Source: Candidatus Buchananbacteria bacterium
GTDB lineage: Bacteria > Patescibacteriota > Patescibacteriia > Buchananbacterales > UBA6539
Length of the DNA stretch: 64,000 nucleotides
Direction of reading: 5' to 3'
Assembly (NCBI GenBank): GCA_041663485.1
Contig: JBAYMO010000001.1
Coordinates: 11,023-75,022 of the forward strand
This document shows positions 47,087 through 56,159 of this stretch, in pieces. Below the pieces are notes generated by a model. It was given only the letters and a program-made list of their open reading frames with translations. It searched no databases and was not told the origin of the DNA. Both the position numbers and the translations under genes were made by a program. Numbering within the stretch: position 1 is the stretch's first letter; each line of letters begins with the position of its first letter.

Positions 47087-47898
47087 ATATTTTTTAAACT
47101 TTTAATTGCTACTTCAACGCGGTTAGCGTCATCACCCTCCAAGACCACATCCACGGTTTGTTTAAGCGTGTGCCAACCGATTACTTTGCCTTTGCCCTGA
47201 GGCGTTTTAACCTGACTGCCAATGGGTGGCAAATTTTTCACTAAATCATTATAAACTTCCTGTTCGTAGGCCAAACAACAACGCAACCGGCCGCAGCTGC
47301 CGGAAAGGCGTTCCGAACCGCGATGAGCAATTTGCTGAACATCGGCCAACTCGGAAGTGATACTGGCTAATTCTTTAAGATGAGTTTTACAGCAAAGGGT
47401 GCGTCCGCAAGTTCCGACATCACCGGCAATTTTAGCCTCATCGCGAATACCGATTTGCTGCAAACGAATTGATTTCTGGAAATGATGGGTTAAATCTTTA
47501 ACTAATTGGCGAAAATCAATCCGGCCATCGGCAATAAACGGAAAAACAATCCGACTGCCGTCAAAAGAAAAATGAACATCAATAACTTTCATGGGCAAAT
47601 CCAAACGATCAACCATTTTTTTACAATAATCCAATCCGGCGGCCTTTTGCTTGTTCAATTCATTTTGATTTTGCACGTCTTCGGTTGTCACTTTGCGAAC
47701 AATCACCGCCGCCTCACCGGTTTCCGGCCCAAAAGTCGGTTCGGTTGACGGAATAAAAAGCATCATGACCCGACCCATATCAAACCCGGCTTCGGTTTTG
47801 ACTACCACTTGTTCGCCTAATTCCAATTTGTAATCGCCAACTTTAGCGATAAACGGTTTCTCCCAAAGAGAGACCTGGATTTGCGCGTATTTATCCAT
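47083..47898 (-). CDS. ricT: PSP1-domain protein RicT/YaaT-like
   Basis: 271 aa; TCGRTLCC and CGRLRCC Cys motifs typical of the PSP1 C-terminal domain. Confidence 0.7.
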   Translation of the reverse strand: MDKYAQIQVSLWEKPFIAKVGDYKLELGEQVVVKTEAGFDMGRVMMLFIPSTEPTFGPETGEAAVIVRKVTTEDVQNQNELNKQKAAGLDYCKKMVDRLDLPMKVIDVHFSFDGSRIVFPFIADGRIDFRQLVKDLTHHFQKSIRLQQIGIRDEAKIAGDVGTCGRTLCCKTHLKELASITSELADVQQIAHRGSERLSGSCGRLRCCLAYEQEVYNDLVKNLPPIGSQVKTPQGKGKVIGWHTLKQTVDVVLEGDDANRVEVAIKSLKNI

Positions 47899-47938
47899 AA
47901 TATATTAGGACGCAATTACTATCGCGCCATAGATTGAT

Positions 47939-48721
47939 TTAGATCTGATAACGCTGAAAGCTGATAATCTCTCCAGCGTCATTTTGCTGCAAAAGTTTTT
48001 CAATAGAAATTTTGTCGTCTTTAATAAACGGCTGCTTAACCAGGCAAACGTCGGAATAATATTTTTGCAGTTTACCTTCAATAATCTTATCCCACATGGC
48101 TTCGTTTTTACCTTCGGCTCTTAATTGTTCACGATAAATTTCTTTTTCTTTATCTAATTCAGCTTTAGCAATATCTTCCGGTTTAAGATATTTCGGCGAC
48201 ATGGCCACGACTTGCATGGCAATGTCATTGGCCAATTCTTGGCTACCTTTGGCTAAAACCACCACCGCGGCAACTTTTTTATTGGAATGCAAATAAGTGC
48301 CAATAATTTTGCCTTCAACGATATCGGCGGCGGAAATTTTCATGTTCTCACCAATTTTAACCGACAATTCATTCTTAATCTTATCCTGCACCCAGGTCGT
48401 AAATTCCGCCACGCCCAATTCCATTAATTTAGCCGCTAAATTATTAACGGTATCAATAAAATCTTGGTTGCGAGAAACAAAATCAGTTTCACAAGCTAAA
48501 CCCACCAGGCAAACTTTACCATCACTTTTGACTAAAGCGATTACACCCTCATTAGTCGCCCGATCCGACTTTTTAGCCGCTTTAATCGCGCCTTTTTTGC
48601 GCAATAATTCAACAGCCTTATTGATATCACCACCGGCTTCCTCTAACGTGGCTTTGCAATCACCGATGCCAGCGCCAGTTAGTTCCCGTAATTTAGTTAT
48701 CGCCTGAGTATCTACGCTCAT
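47939..48721 (-). CDS. tsf: Elongation factor Ts
   Basis: 260 aa; UBA-like N-terminus ITKLRELTGAGIGDCKATLEEAGGDINKAVELLRKKG. Confidence 0.9.
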   Translation of the reverse strand: MSVDTQAITKLRELTGAGIGDCKATLEEAGGDINKAVELLRKKGAIKAAKKSDRATNEGVIALVKSDGKVCLVGLACETDFVSRNQDFIDTVNNLAAKLMELGVAEFTTWVQDKIKNELSVKIGENMKISAADIVEGKIIGTYLHSNKKVAAVVVLAKGSQELANDIAMQVVAMSPKYLKPEDIAKAELDKEKEIYREQLRAEGKNEAMWDKIIEGKLQKYYSDVCLVKQPFIKDDKISIEKLLQQNDAGEIISFQRYQI

Positions 48722-48742
48722 ATTATTATTTTGTTTTAATGA

Positions 48743-49486
48743 TTAATTCTTTTTAACAAATTTGGTCTTAGCCTCCGCGGATACTACCGGAGCCTGAGGC
48801 CTGGCTTTAATGCCTTCTTTAACGGCTTCGGCCATGAGACTGGTAACAATTTCAATGGACTTGACCGCGTCGTCGTTAGCCGGAATCGGATAATTAATAA
48901 TTTCCGGATTGATGTTGGTATCCACCATGGCAATAAGAGAAATATTTTTCTTTAAAGACTCGGCCACGGCAGTTTTTTCTTTTTTAATATCAACCACAAA
49001 AACCGCGTCGGGAATTTTTGACATATTTTCAATGCCGCCTACCATGCGATCTAATTTTTCAATGGTTTTATTAAATTCCAGTTGTTCTTTTTTGGTATAT
49101 TTTTCCAACTGACCGAGAGCTTTCTTCTTTTTTAAATCGGTTAATTTTCTGATCATGCGAGAGATTTCCCCAAAATTGGTAAAAGTTCCACCCAACCATC
49201 TCTCGGTAACATACGGCATACCACATTCTTTGGCGTACTTAACCACAATCGGCTGAGCTTGTTTTTTTGTACCCAAAAATAAAATAGTGCCGCCATTGCT
49301 CACTACTTTTTTAGCAAAATCCAAAGCTTCTTGGAGTTTGATTTGAGTTTGCTCTAAATTAATGATATGAAACCCACCTTTGTTCATAAAGATGTACGGT
49401 TCCATTTTTGGATGACGTTTGGAAAGCTTGTGGCCAAAATGGCTGCCAGCTTTAAGCAAAGTCATCAAATCCGGGATTTGTGACAT
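48743..49486 (-). CDS. rpsB: 30S ribosomal protein S2
   Basis: 247 aa with typical S2 sequence, located upstream of tsf. Confidence 0.9.
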   Translation of the reverse strand: MSQIPDLMTLLKAGSHFGHKLSKRHPKMEPYIFMNKGGFHIINLEQTQIKLQEALDFAKKVVSNGGTILFLGTKKQAQPIVVKYAKECGMPYVTERWLGGTFTNFGEISRMIRKLTDLKKKKALGQLEKYTKKEQLEFNKTIEKLDRMVGGIENMSKIPDAVFVVDIKKEKTAVAESLKKNISLIAMVDTNINPEIINYPIPANDDAVKSIEIVTSLMAEAVKEGIKARPQAPVVSAEAKTKFVKKN

Positions 49487-49593
49487 AATTTTTTCCTTTT
49501 CTTTCTTCTACCGCTGTTAACTAGGCCCCATGATTCGGGGAGGATTTAGCTAAACTAAAAAACGGCATGAATGATTAATAAATTAACTATATT

Positions 49594-49622
49594 AATATAA
49601 AGGAATTTTAAGACTTTGTCAA
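49594..49622 (-). promoter_or_regulatory. Sigma70 promoter (TTGACA-17-TATATT) of the rpsB-tsf operon, with a structured 5' leader
   Basis: Plus-strand tgtcaa at 49617-49622 and aatata at 49594-49599. The leader hairpin ccccatgattcgggg sits at 49527-49541. Confidence 0.55.
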
Positions 49623-49631
49623 GCCTTTTAT

Positions 49632-49660
49632 TTGACAAATTAATATATTATTACTAAGCT
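49632..49660 (+). promoter_or_regulatory. Sigma70 promoter (TTGACA-17-TAAGCT) for the ROK gene, divergent from and back-to-back with the rpsB promoter
   Basis: ttgaca at 49632-49637, taagct at 49655-49660. Confidence 0.5.
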
Positions 49661-49741
49661 TTTCGAGAAAGCACCAATGGTTGGTGCGACTGGCTCAAAA
49701 ACCACATCACAGAGGAGAGCAATAGAATAGGACAAGAAGCA

Positions 49742-50623
49742 GTGGCAATTGGTGGGAATCTTGGTGGCAGCCATTTTTCCTGCGCGGGCGTAAACGATAG
49801 CGGGACGTTACTCACAAAAGTCGAGGAAACGCCAATCAATCCGAATCAGTCGCAAGAAGAAATTCTTGGCGCCATGGCCGAACTGGTTAACGGATTGAAG
49901 TGCGAACTTGTGCAAAAAGGTTTCAAGGTTGTCGGTTTCGGCACAGGCGCGCCAGGACCGGCCAACTTTGACACCGGCGTGATTGGCGAAACACCCAACA
50001 TGCCAACCATGCGCGGCTGCCGGTTAAATGACGAGCTTTCCAACCGAACCGAACTGCCGGTCAAAAGCAACAACGACGGCAATCTTACTGTTTTTGGCGA
50101 AAGCCGACACGGAGCAGCCCGGGGCTACAAGAACGTGTTCGGTAACACGCTCGGCACGGGTTTGGGCGGCGGACTGGTCATCAATGACGAAATCTATACC
50201 GGAGAAGACTTCTCGGCCACCGAACTCGCCAAAATGCCGACCAGTGTCGGAAGCCTCGACAACAGCACCATTGAGCAACTAGTTTCGACCGGTGGTATTA
50301 TGGCCCGTTACCATAGCCTTACCGGTCAGCAAGCCGACCCGAAAGAAATTGAAGCTCTGGCTAAGGGTGGCGACAAGAAAGCTCAAAACACTTACGACTG
50401 GTTTGGCAAATGGCTCGGTTTTGAACTGGCCTGGGTTCAGGGTCTGTTGGCGCCGGATATCATGGTAATCGGCGGCAAAATCGCCAAAGGCTGGGACTTG
50501 TTCGCGCCGGCAATGTTTGCCATGCTCCAGCTTCACACCTGGAAAAAGGATGTGCTTGTCGTGCCGGCCGCGCTCGGCGAAGCCGGTCCCATTATCGGCG
50601 GCGCCTCGCTCTTTTTGGGATAA
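49742..50623 (+). CDS. ROK-family sugar kinase (glucokinase-like) with a GTG start and elevated GC
   Basis: 293 aa; AIGGNLGGSHFSCA N-terminus and the GTGLGGGLVINDEIYTG ROK signature. About 55% GC against roughly 37% for the genome. Confidence 0.8.
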   Translation: MAIGGNLGGSHFSCAGVNDSGTLLTKVEETPINPNQSQEEILGAMAELVNGLKCELVQKGFKVVGFGTGAPGPANFDTGVIGETPNMPTMRGCRLNDELSNRTELPVKSNNDGNLTVFGESRHGAARGYKNVFGNTLGTGLGGGLVINDEIYTGEDFSATELAKMPTSVGSLDNSTIEQLVSTGGIMARYHSLTGQQADPKEIEALAKGGDKKAQNTYDWFGKWLGFELAWVQGLLAPDIMVIGGKIAKGWDLFAPAMFAMLQLHTWKKDVLVVPAALGEAGPIIGGASLFLG

Positions 50624-50661
50624 CACCCAATAAATTCGGAGGGGATTTGATTTTTGCTATG

Positions 50662-50693
50662 CAGTGGCGACTGATGTTTGCCACTGTTTTTTT
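50662..50693 (+). terminator. Intrinsic terminator of the ROK gene
   Basis: Stem cagtggc/gccactg followed by T7. Confidence 0.6.
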
Positions 50694-50697
50694 AAAT

Positions 50698-50750
50698 TTG
50701 TGATTAAGTTTATTTTCGTTTATAATAAAAGTAGACAAAAGTGGACAAAA
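50698..50750 (+). promoter_or_regulatory. Promoter (TTGTGA-17-TATAAT) with tandem 10-bp direct repeats GT(A/G)GACAAAA at the predicted transcription start site (TSS) (candidate operator)
   Basis: ttgtga at 50698-50703, tataat at 50721-50726, repeats at 50731-50740 and 50741-50750. Confidence 0.45.
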
Positions 50751-50766
50751 TATTTTTAAACAATTT

Positions 50767-51363
50767 ATGACAAAATTTTTAAAACCTAAAGACTTAGCCG
50801 AATATTTAGGCGTGAGCAAAAAAACCATTTTTCGCTACCTTGCCTCCGGCCAAATTAAGGCCATAAAAATCGGCCAATGGAAAATTGAGCCGCATGATTT
50901 TAATAAATTTTTGAAAAAAAATTTAATCACCAAGAATCGCCAGGCCGTCAAACTAATGCGCCCCCAGGCAAAAACCGCTTTTAATCTGCCGCTTTATCTT
51001 TCCCCGGTCGCCGCCGGCTTCCCCTCCCCGGCCGAAGATTTTATTGAAGACCGGCTTGATCTAAATTTATATTTAATCAAAAATCAACCGGCCACCTTTT
51101 TAGTCAAAGTCCAAGGCCATTCCATGATTGGTGCCGGTATCAATGAAGGTGATATCTTGGTAGTTGATAAATCACTGCCCAGCCAAGACGGAAAAATCGT
51201 GATCGCGGTTTTGGACGGCGAATTAACAGTTAAACGCCTGAAAAAAATAAAAAATCAACTATACTTAATGCCGGAAAACCCCGACTACCAACCAATTGAA
51301 ATTAAAAAAGAATCAGAGTTAATGATTTGGGGCGTGGTAGTTGGCGTAGTCAGAAAATTATAA
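50767..51363 (+). CDS. umuD: UmuD-like S24 self-cleaving peptidase fused to an N-terminal excisionase/MerR-type HTH (LexA-like architecture)
   Basis: The C-terminal 130 aa align nearly residue-for-residue with E. coli UmuD (GFPSPAEDFIEDRLDLN...GHSMIGAGINEGDILVVD...VLDGELTVKRL). The N-terminal 70 aa, LKPKDLAEYLGVSKKTIFRYLASGQIKAIKIG, is an Xis-family HTH. The AG cleavage site is VAAGFP. Confidence 0.8.
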   Translation: MTKFLKPKDLAEYLGVSKKTIFRYLASGQIKAIKIGQWKIEPHDFNKFLKKNLITKNRQAVKLMRPQAKTAFNLPLYLSPVAAGFPSPAEDFIEDRLDLNLYLIKNQPATFLVKVQGHSMIGAGINEGDILVVDKSLPSQDGKIVIAVLDGELTVKRLKKIKNQLYLMPENPDYQPIEIKKESELMIWGVVVGVVRKL

Positions 51364-51460
51364 TAGACCGATGCTAATTTACGAATGCATACGAATAATA
51401 CTAATTCAATAATATTCGCATCATTCGCATTTATTCGTATTCATTAGCATCGGTTAATAG
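51361..51460. mobile_element. MITE-like 88-bp element with 12-bp perfect terminal inverted repeats and a 6-bp target-site duplication (TAATAG), inserted between umuD and umuC
   Basis: accgatgctaat at 51367-51378 and attagcatcggt at 51443-51454; flanking TAATAG at 51361-51366 and 51455-51460. The interior is built from ACGAAT/ATTCGCAT-type subrepeats. Confidence 0.45.
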
Positions 51461-51471
51461 TATCGCGAAAT

Positions 51472-52731
51472 ATGTTTGCTCTGATTGATTGCAACAATTT
51501 TTATGCTTCCTGTGAAAGACTGTTTAATCCCAAGCTGGAAAATTTCCCGGTTGTGGTTTTATCTAACAACGACGGTTGTGTTATTGCCAGATCTGAAGAA
51601 GCCAAAAAACTTGGTATTGCCATGGGCCAGCCTTATTTTGAAATCAAAAAACTAGCCGAGCAAAAACTGGTACATGTCGCCTCTTCCAATTTTTCCCTTT
51701 ACGGTGATATTTCTCAAAGAGTGATGAATATCTTGCATTATTTTATTGACGAAATAGAAATTTATTCCATTGATGAGGCCTTTATTAATTTAGACCAAAT
51801 TAAAAAATCGGATTTAACTGCTTTCGGTTTAGATATCAGAAAGACTATCAAACAGTGGACCGGCATTCCCGTTTCCATCGGTTTGGGATCAACCAAAACT
51901 TTGGCCAAAGCCGCCAGTAAAGTGGCCAAAAAACAACCTCAATTTGGCGGAGTAGTAAATTTTATTAACAACCCAGCCATTGATTCTTGGCTTGACCAGA
52001 TTGCAGTTGACGATATTTGGGGCATTGGCCGGCAATATGGCAAACTTTTAAAAAGTTTAAATATCGCCACGGCCCTGGACTTTAAAAAGCTACCGCCCGA
52101 TTGGATTAAAAAAAATCTAACCAGCGCCGGCCTGACAACCTGGCAAGAAATTAACGGCCAAGCTTTGGTTGATTTTGAAAAAGAAAAAAGTCAAGCCAAA
52201 AGCATTATCAGTTCACGATCTTTTAAGCAGCCTATTAGAGAACTTGGTGCGTTAGAAAAACTCGTTGCCAGCTACACGGCTCGCGCGGCGGAAAAACTCC
52301 GAGCTGACCGGCTCAAGGCCAAAGAAATTTCAGTTTATATCCGCACTAATCGTTTTAACCGAGAAAACTTTTATTTTAATTCGACTAAAATTAAACTGAA
52401 CCCACCGACCGATTACTCCCCCGAATTAATCACCCAAGCGCAAATAGCTTTAAAAAAAATTTTTAAACCGGGTCTGCCTTATAAAAAAGCCGGCATTAGT
52501 CTGACGCAATTGGTGGATAAAAATTGTATTCAACCGAATTTATTTGAAAATAAAAACTTAGAAAATAAAAAAGAGCGCCTGATGCGCTGCTTGGATAAAC
52601 TTAATCAAAAATTCGGATCTAAAACCATTGGCTCGGCGGCGGAAAGTTTTTGCGGCGTCAGCTTTTTGGAACAAAGTTTTAAATCTCCCAGCTACACCAC
52701 CGACTGGCAAGAATTATTACTGGTTAAGTAA
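51472..52731 (+). CDS. umuC: Y-family translesion DNA polymerase (UmuC/Pol V-like)
   Basis: 419 aa; [16 protein letters not shown]-terminus typical of UmuC/DinB. Confidence 0.85.
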   Translation: MFALIDCNNFYASCERLFNPKLENFPVVVLSNNDGCVIARSEEAKKLGIAMGQPYFEIKKLAEQKLVHVASSNFSLYGDISQRVMNILHYFIDEIEIYSIDEAFINLDQIKKSDLTAFGLDIRKTIKQWTGIPVSIGLGSTKTLAKAASKVAKKQPQFGGVVNFINNPAIDSWLDQIAVDDIWGIGRQYGKLLKSLNIATALDFKKLPPDWIKKNLTSAGLTTWQEINGQALVDFEKEKSQAKSIISSRSFKQPIRELGALEKLVASYTARAAEKLRADRLKAKEISVYIRTNRFNRENFYFNSTKIKLNPPTDYSPELITQAQIALKKIFKPGLPYKKAGISLTQLVDKNCIQPNLFENKNLENKKERLMRCLDKLNQKFGSKTIGSAAESFCGVSFLEQSFKSPSYTTDWQELLLVK

Positions 52732-52732
52732 T

Positions 52733-53980
52733 TTATTTTTGCGATCGCAAAGCGTTAACCGGGTCTAAACGGGACGCGGTTAAGGCGGGAAAAACGCCAA
52801 AAACAATGCCAATAAAAAACGAGACGCCAACCGCTAAAATAATTGAGAATGGTGAAACAACAAACTTCCAGCTCAAACCCTGAGAAGTGGCGACAACGGA
52901 AATCAGAAAAGACAGCAACACGCCAAATACCAACCCCAGAATCGCGCCCAAAAGTGTAATGACAATAGCTTCCCAAAGAAACTGCCACAAAATATTTCTG
53001 CCGGTAGCGCCGAAAGATTTGCGCAAACCAATTTCATAAGTTCTTTCCGTGACGGAAACATACATGATATTCATAATCCCTACGCCGCCAACCACCAAAG
53101 AAATACCGGCGATAGCCGCTAAAAGCAAATTGATCGCGCCAAAAATCGTATTATACATATCCATGGCTTCAGCCATGCTCATAACCGCGAAATCATCTTT
53201 ATTGGGATCGGTAATGTCGTGGCGTTCACGCAAAAGTGCCACCAATTCCGCGCTAGTTTCATCCGCTAAATTTTTATCAATAGCCTCATTCATGATGTTG
53301 ACTACATAGTCCACACCCATAATCTTTTTTTGTAATGTCCGAATCGGCACGTAAACCATATTATCCAAATCAAAAAAAGCAATCGAACCGCGCTTGTTCA
53401 TAATACCGATAACCATAAATTTTTCCCGACCGATTTTTACCATCTTACCGATCGGATCCTGACTGCCAAAAAATTTATCCTTTACGGTCAAACCGATAAT
53501 GGCCAACTGCGCCAAACTCTTATCCTCTTCCTCAGTAAAAAACCTACCGGCGGCCAAACCAGTTTTATCCAAATCATTATACGAAGAGGTCGTGCCCCAA
53601 AGCATGACTTGTTTATTTTCATCTTGATACGACATAACCTGCATACCAATCAAATTGGAATAATTATTCCTAATATTTGGCACTTTTTTCATCGCCTCGG
53701 CATCATCTAAAGTCAAAGTGGTAATGGTAACGCCCTGGGCCATACTACCGGCATTCTCGGTCGAAACTTGACTGGTGTTGGGAACCTTGACCTCGACTTG
53801 GATCATGTCCGTGCCGAATTTTTCAATCTCACCGGTTACATACGACTGCAACCCGCCGCCGGCTGACATGACGGTGATTACGGCCATAATCCCAATGACA
53901 ATACCTAAAATTGTCAGAAAAGTTCTGACTTTATTTCGCTTCAAAGAAGCCAAAGCAATTTTTAACGGCTGAAGTCTCAT
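52733..53980 (-). CDS. ABC transporter permease (MacB/FtsX-like)
   Basis: 415 aa; N-terminal TM helix, a MacB-type periplasmic domain, then four C-terminal TM helices. Confidence 0.8.
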   Translation of the reverse strand: MRLQPLKIALASLKRNKVRTFLTILGIVIGIMAVITVMSAGGGLQSYVTGEIEKFGTDMIQVEVKVPNTSQVSTENAGSMAQGVTITTLTLDDAEAMKKVPNIRNNYSNLIGMQVMSYQDENKQVMLWGTTSSYNDLDKTGLAAGRFFTEEEDKSLAQLAIIGLTVKDKFFGSQDPIGKMVKIGREKFMVIGIMNKRGSIAFFDLDNMVYVPIRTLQKKIMGVDYVVNIMNEAIDKNLADETSAELVALLRERHDITDPNKDDFAVMSMAEAMDMYNTIFGAINLLLAAIAGISLVVGGVGIMNIMYVSVTERTYEIGLRKSFGATGRNILWQFLWEAIVITLLGAILGLVFGVLLSFLISVVATSQGLSWKFVVSPFSIILAVGVSFFIGIVFGVFPALTASRLDPVNALRSQK

Positions 53981-53989
53981 TTTGTAAGT

Positions 53990-55228
53990 TTATTCATAAC
54001 GCAAGGCGGTAATTGGATCAAGATTGGCCGCCTTATAGGCCGGATAAATCCCAAAAACCAAACCAATACTAACGGCAATACCGCAGGCTAAAACAATTGA
54101 AGAAATCGATACCACAAAATCCCATTGATAACCAAGATAGCGCGCCACCAGGGCTACCAAAGCCGAAAATAAAAAGCCCACGGCAATACCGATTATGCCC
54201 CCACCCAAAGATAAAACTATAGTTTCAACTAAAAACTGACTTAAAATATTTCCCCGGCGCGCTCCCACCGCTTTTCTCAAACCGATTTCTCTGATGCGCT
54301 CATTAACTGATACCAGCATAATATTCATAATCCCAATTCCACCAACCAATAAAGCAATGGCGGCGATAGCCGCAAGAAAAAATTTTAAAGCATTGGTTAC
54401 GCCGGTAAAGACATCCAAAGCTTGCTGCATGCTGCGCACAGAAAAATCATCAGCCACCGTACCGGTCAAATCATGCTGCTCCCGCAGTGTGGCTTTAATA
54501 TCTTGAATGGTTTCGGTAATATTATCCGATGAATCAACCTTGACGCGAATATAGCCCAAATGATTCACTCCTAAGATTATTTTCTGAGCGGTTAAAAGCG
54601 GAATAAAAATTTGATTGTCTTGGTTCTGAAAAGCGACCGAGCCGCGCTCCTTCATAACGCCAATTACGCGAAAAGTTTCGCGCTTAATTTTTACCGTTTG
54701 ACCGATAGGATCGGTGCCTTGAAATAAATCTTTAACTACTTGACTACCCAAAACCACAACCCGAGAAATTGATTTTTCTTCTTCGACGGAGAAAAATAAT
54801 CCCTGTTCCACGATGGCATCCTCAACGCTAGTATAACCGGCCGTCGTGCCGGTAAAATTAGTATCAATGCTGCGATTGCCCCAGGCAATCGTGCCGGTCC
54901 CCTTAACATAAGACGCGACCGCCAGCGCGTGAGGAACTTTTTCTTTTTTGGCAATCGCCACGGCATCGTCATATTTCAAAGTCGTAACGGTTACACCCAT
55001 AACTGATGCCGGCGGGCCTTCTTCATCGGATGCGCCCGGCAAAACCCCGATCAAATTCGAACCCATGCCTTTGATTTGATTTAAAATCAAACTTTGAGCA
55101 CCGGCACCGACGGCCATAATAATAATCACCGAAGAAATGCCAATAATCATGCCCAGCATGGTTAAAAATGTTCTCATCTTTCGGGCAATCAAGCGCGAGA
55201 TTGAAGATTTAACCGTTTCAAATATCAT
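53990..55228 (-). CDS. ABC transporter permease (MacB/FtsX-like), paralog of the previous gene
   Basis: 412 aa with the same architecture. Confidence 0.8.
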   Translation of the reverse strand: MIFETVKSSISRLIARKMRTFLTMLGMIIGISSVIIIMAVGAGAQSLILNQIKGMGSNLIGVLPGASDEEGPPASVMGVTVTTLKYDDAVAIAKKEKVPHALAVASYVKGTGTIAWGNRSIDTNFTGTTAGYTSVEDAIVEQGLFFSVEEEKSISRVVVLGSQVVKDLFQGTDPIGQTVKIKRETFRVIGVMKERGSVAFQNQDNQIFIPLLTAQKIILGVNHLGYIRVKVDSSDNITETIQDIKATLREQHDLTGTVADDFSVRSMQQALDVFTGVTNALKFFLAAIAAIALLVGGIGIMNIMLVSVNERIREIGLRKAVGARRGNILSQFLVETIVLSLGGGIIGIAVGFLFSALVALVARYLGYQWDFVVSISSIVLACGIAVSIGLVFGIYPAYKAANLDPITALRYE

Positions 55229-55233
55229 AAAAA

Positions 55234-55959
55234 TTATTTTCTTAATTCGCCGTCTTTAGCCGTGCGCCGATGAACAACAACTTCATCCGCCAAAATCAAA
55301 CCGTCGCGAATTTTAATAATTCTGCGCGCGTGGTCGGCCGTGTCCTGCTCGTGAGTAACTAAAATAATAGAATGGCCGCTTTCGTTCAAATCTTCCAAAA
55401 TCGCCATGACCTGCGTGCCTGATTTTGAGTCTAAATTTCCGGTTGGCTCATCGGCAAAAATTACCTTAGGATCATTAACCAAAGCCCGAGCAATCGCCAC
55501 GCGCTGTTGTTCGCCGCCGGACAATTGATTGGATAAATGATTGATCCGATGATACAGGCCGACCGCCTTAACCGCGTCTTTGGCTTTTTCGTCCATGGCT
55601 TTAACGGAAATACCGGAGTAAATTAGGGGCAATTTCACATTTTCCAGAACCGTAGTACGCGGTAAAAGGTTGTAACTTTGAAAAACAAAACCGACTTTTT
55701 TATTGCGCAAACCGGCCAATTCGTCATCACCGAATTCCGCCACGTTGCGGCCTTCAAATTCATAAACTCCCGAAATTGGCCGATCCAAAAACCCCAAAAT
55801 ATGCATTAAAGTCGATTTGCCGGAACCGGACGGACCCATAATGGCCACGAATTCGCCGGCGGCAATTTCAAAACTGACACCGCGTAAAACACTGGTGGTT
55901 ACTTCATCGTTAATATATTCTTTTTTGATATCCGCTAATTTGATTAATGTCTGTTTCAT
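55234..55959 (-). CDS. ABC transporter ATP-binding protein (MacB/LolD-type)
   Basis: 241 aa; Walker [10 protein letters not shown], the LSGGEQQR signature, and Walker B. Confidence 0.9.
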   Translation of the reverse strand: MKQTLIKLADIKKEYINDEVTTSVLRGVSFEIAAGEFVAIMGPSGSGKSTLMHILGFLDRPISGVYEFEGRNVAEFGDDELAGLRNKKVGFVFQSYNLLPRTTVLENVKLPLIYSGISVKAMDEKAKDAVKAVGLYHRINHLSNQLSGGEQQRVAIARALVNDPKVIFADEPTGNLDSKSGTQVMAILEDLNESGHSIILVTHEQDTADHARRIIKIRDGLILADEVVVHRRTAKDGELRK

Positions 55960-56047
55960 AAAATTGGCTAAATTTTAAAATATTATTCTAACTTCTAAAA
56001 CTGCTAACATTTTAGCACAAATATCCCTGTCTTGCCCAATAAGAAAA

Positions 56048-56103
56048 GGGGTTAATTTGGCAGTCTCTGACTTTTTGTCATTGACTTCAAATTAACCCCT
56101 TGG
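56048..56103. repeat. Hairpin with 14-bp perfect inverted-repeat arms at the left border of the GC-rich island
   Basis: aaggggttaatttg ... caaattaacccctt separated by 28 nt and followed by T7. Confidence 0.5.
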
Positions 56104-56159
56104 TTTTTTTCTGCCCTCCTTTCACAAGTTGGCGAACCCAGCTCACGAAGCTCCATTCG

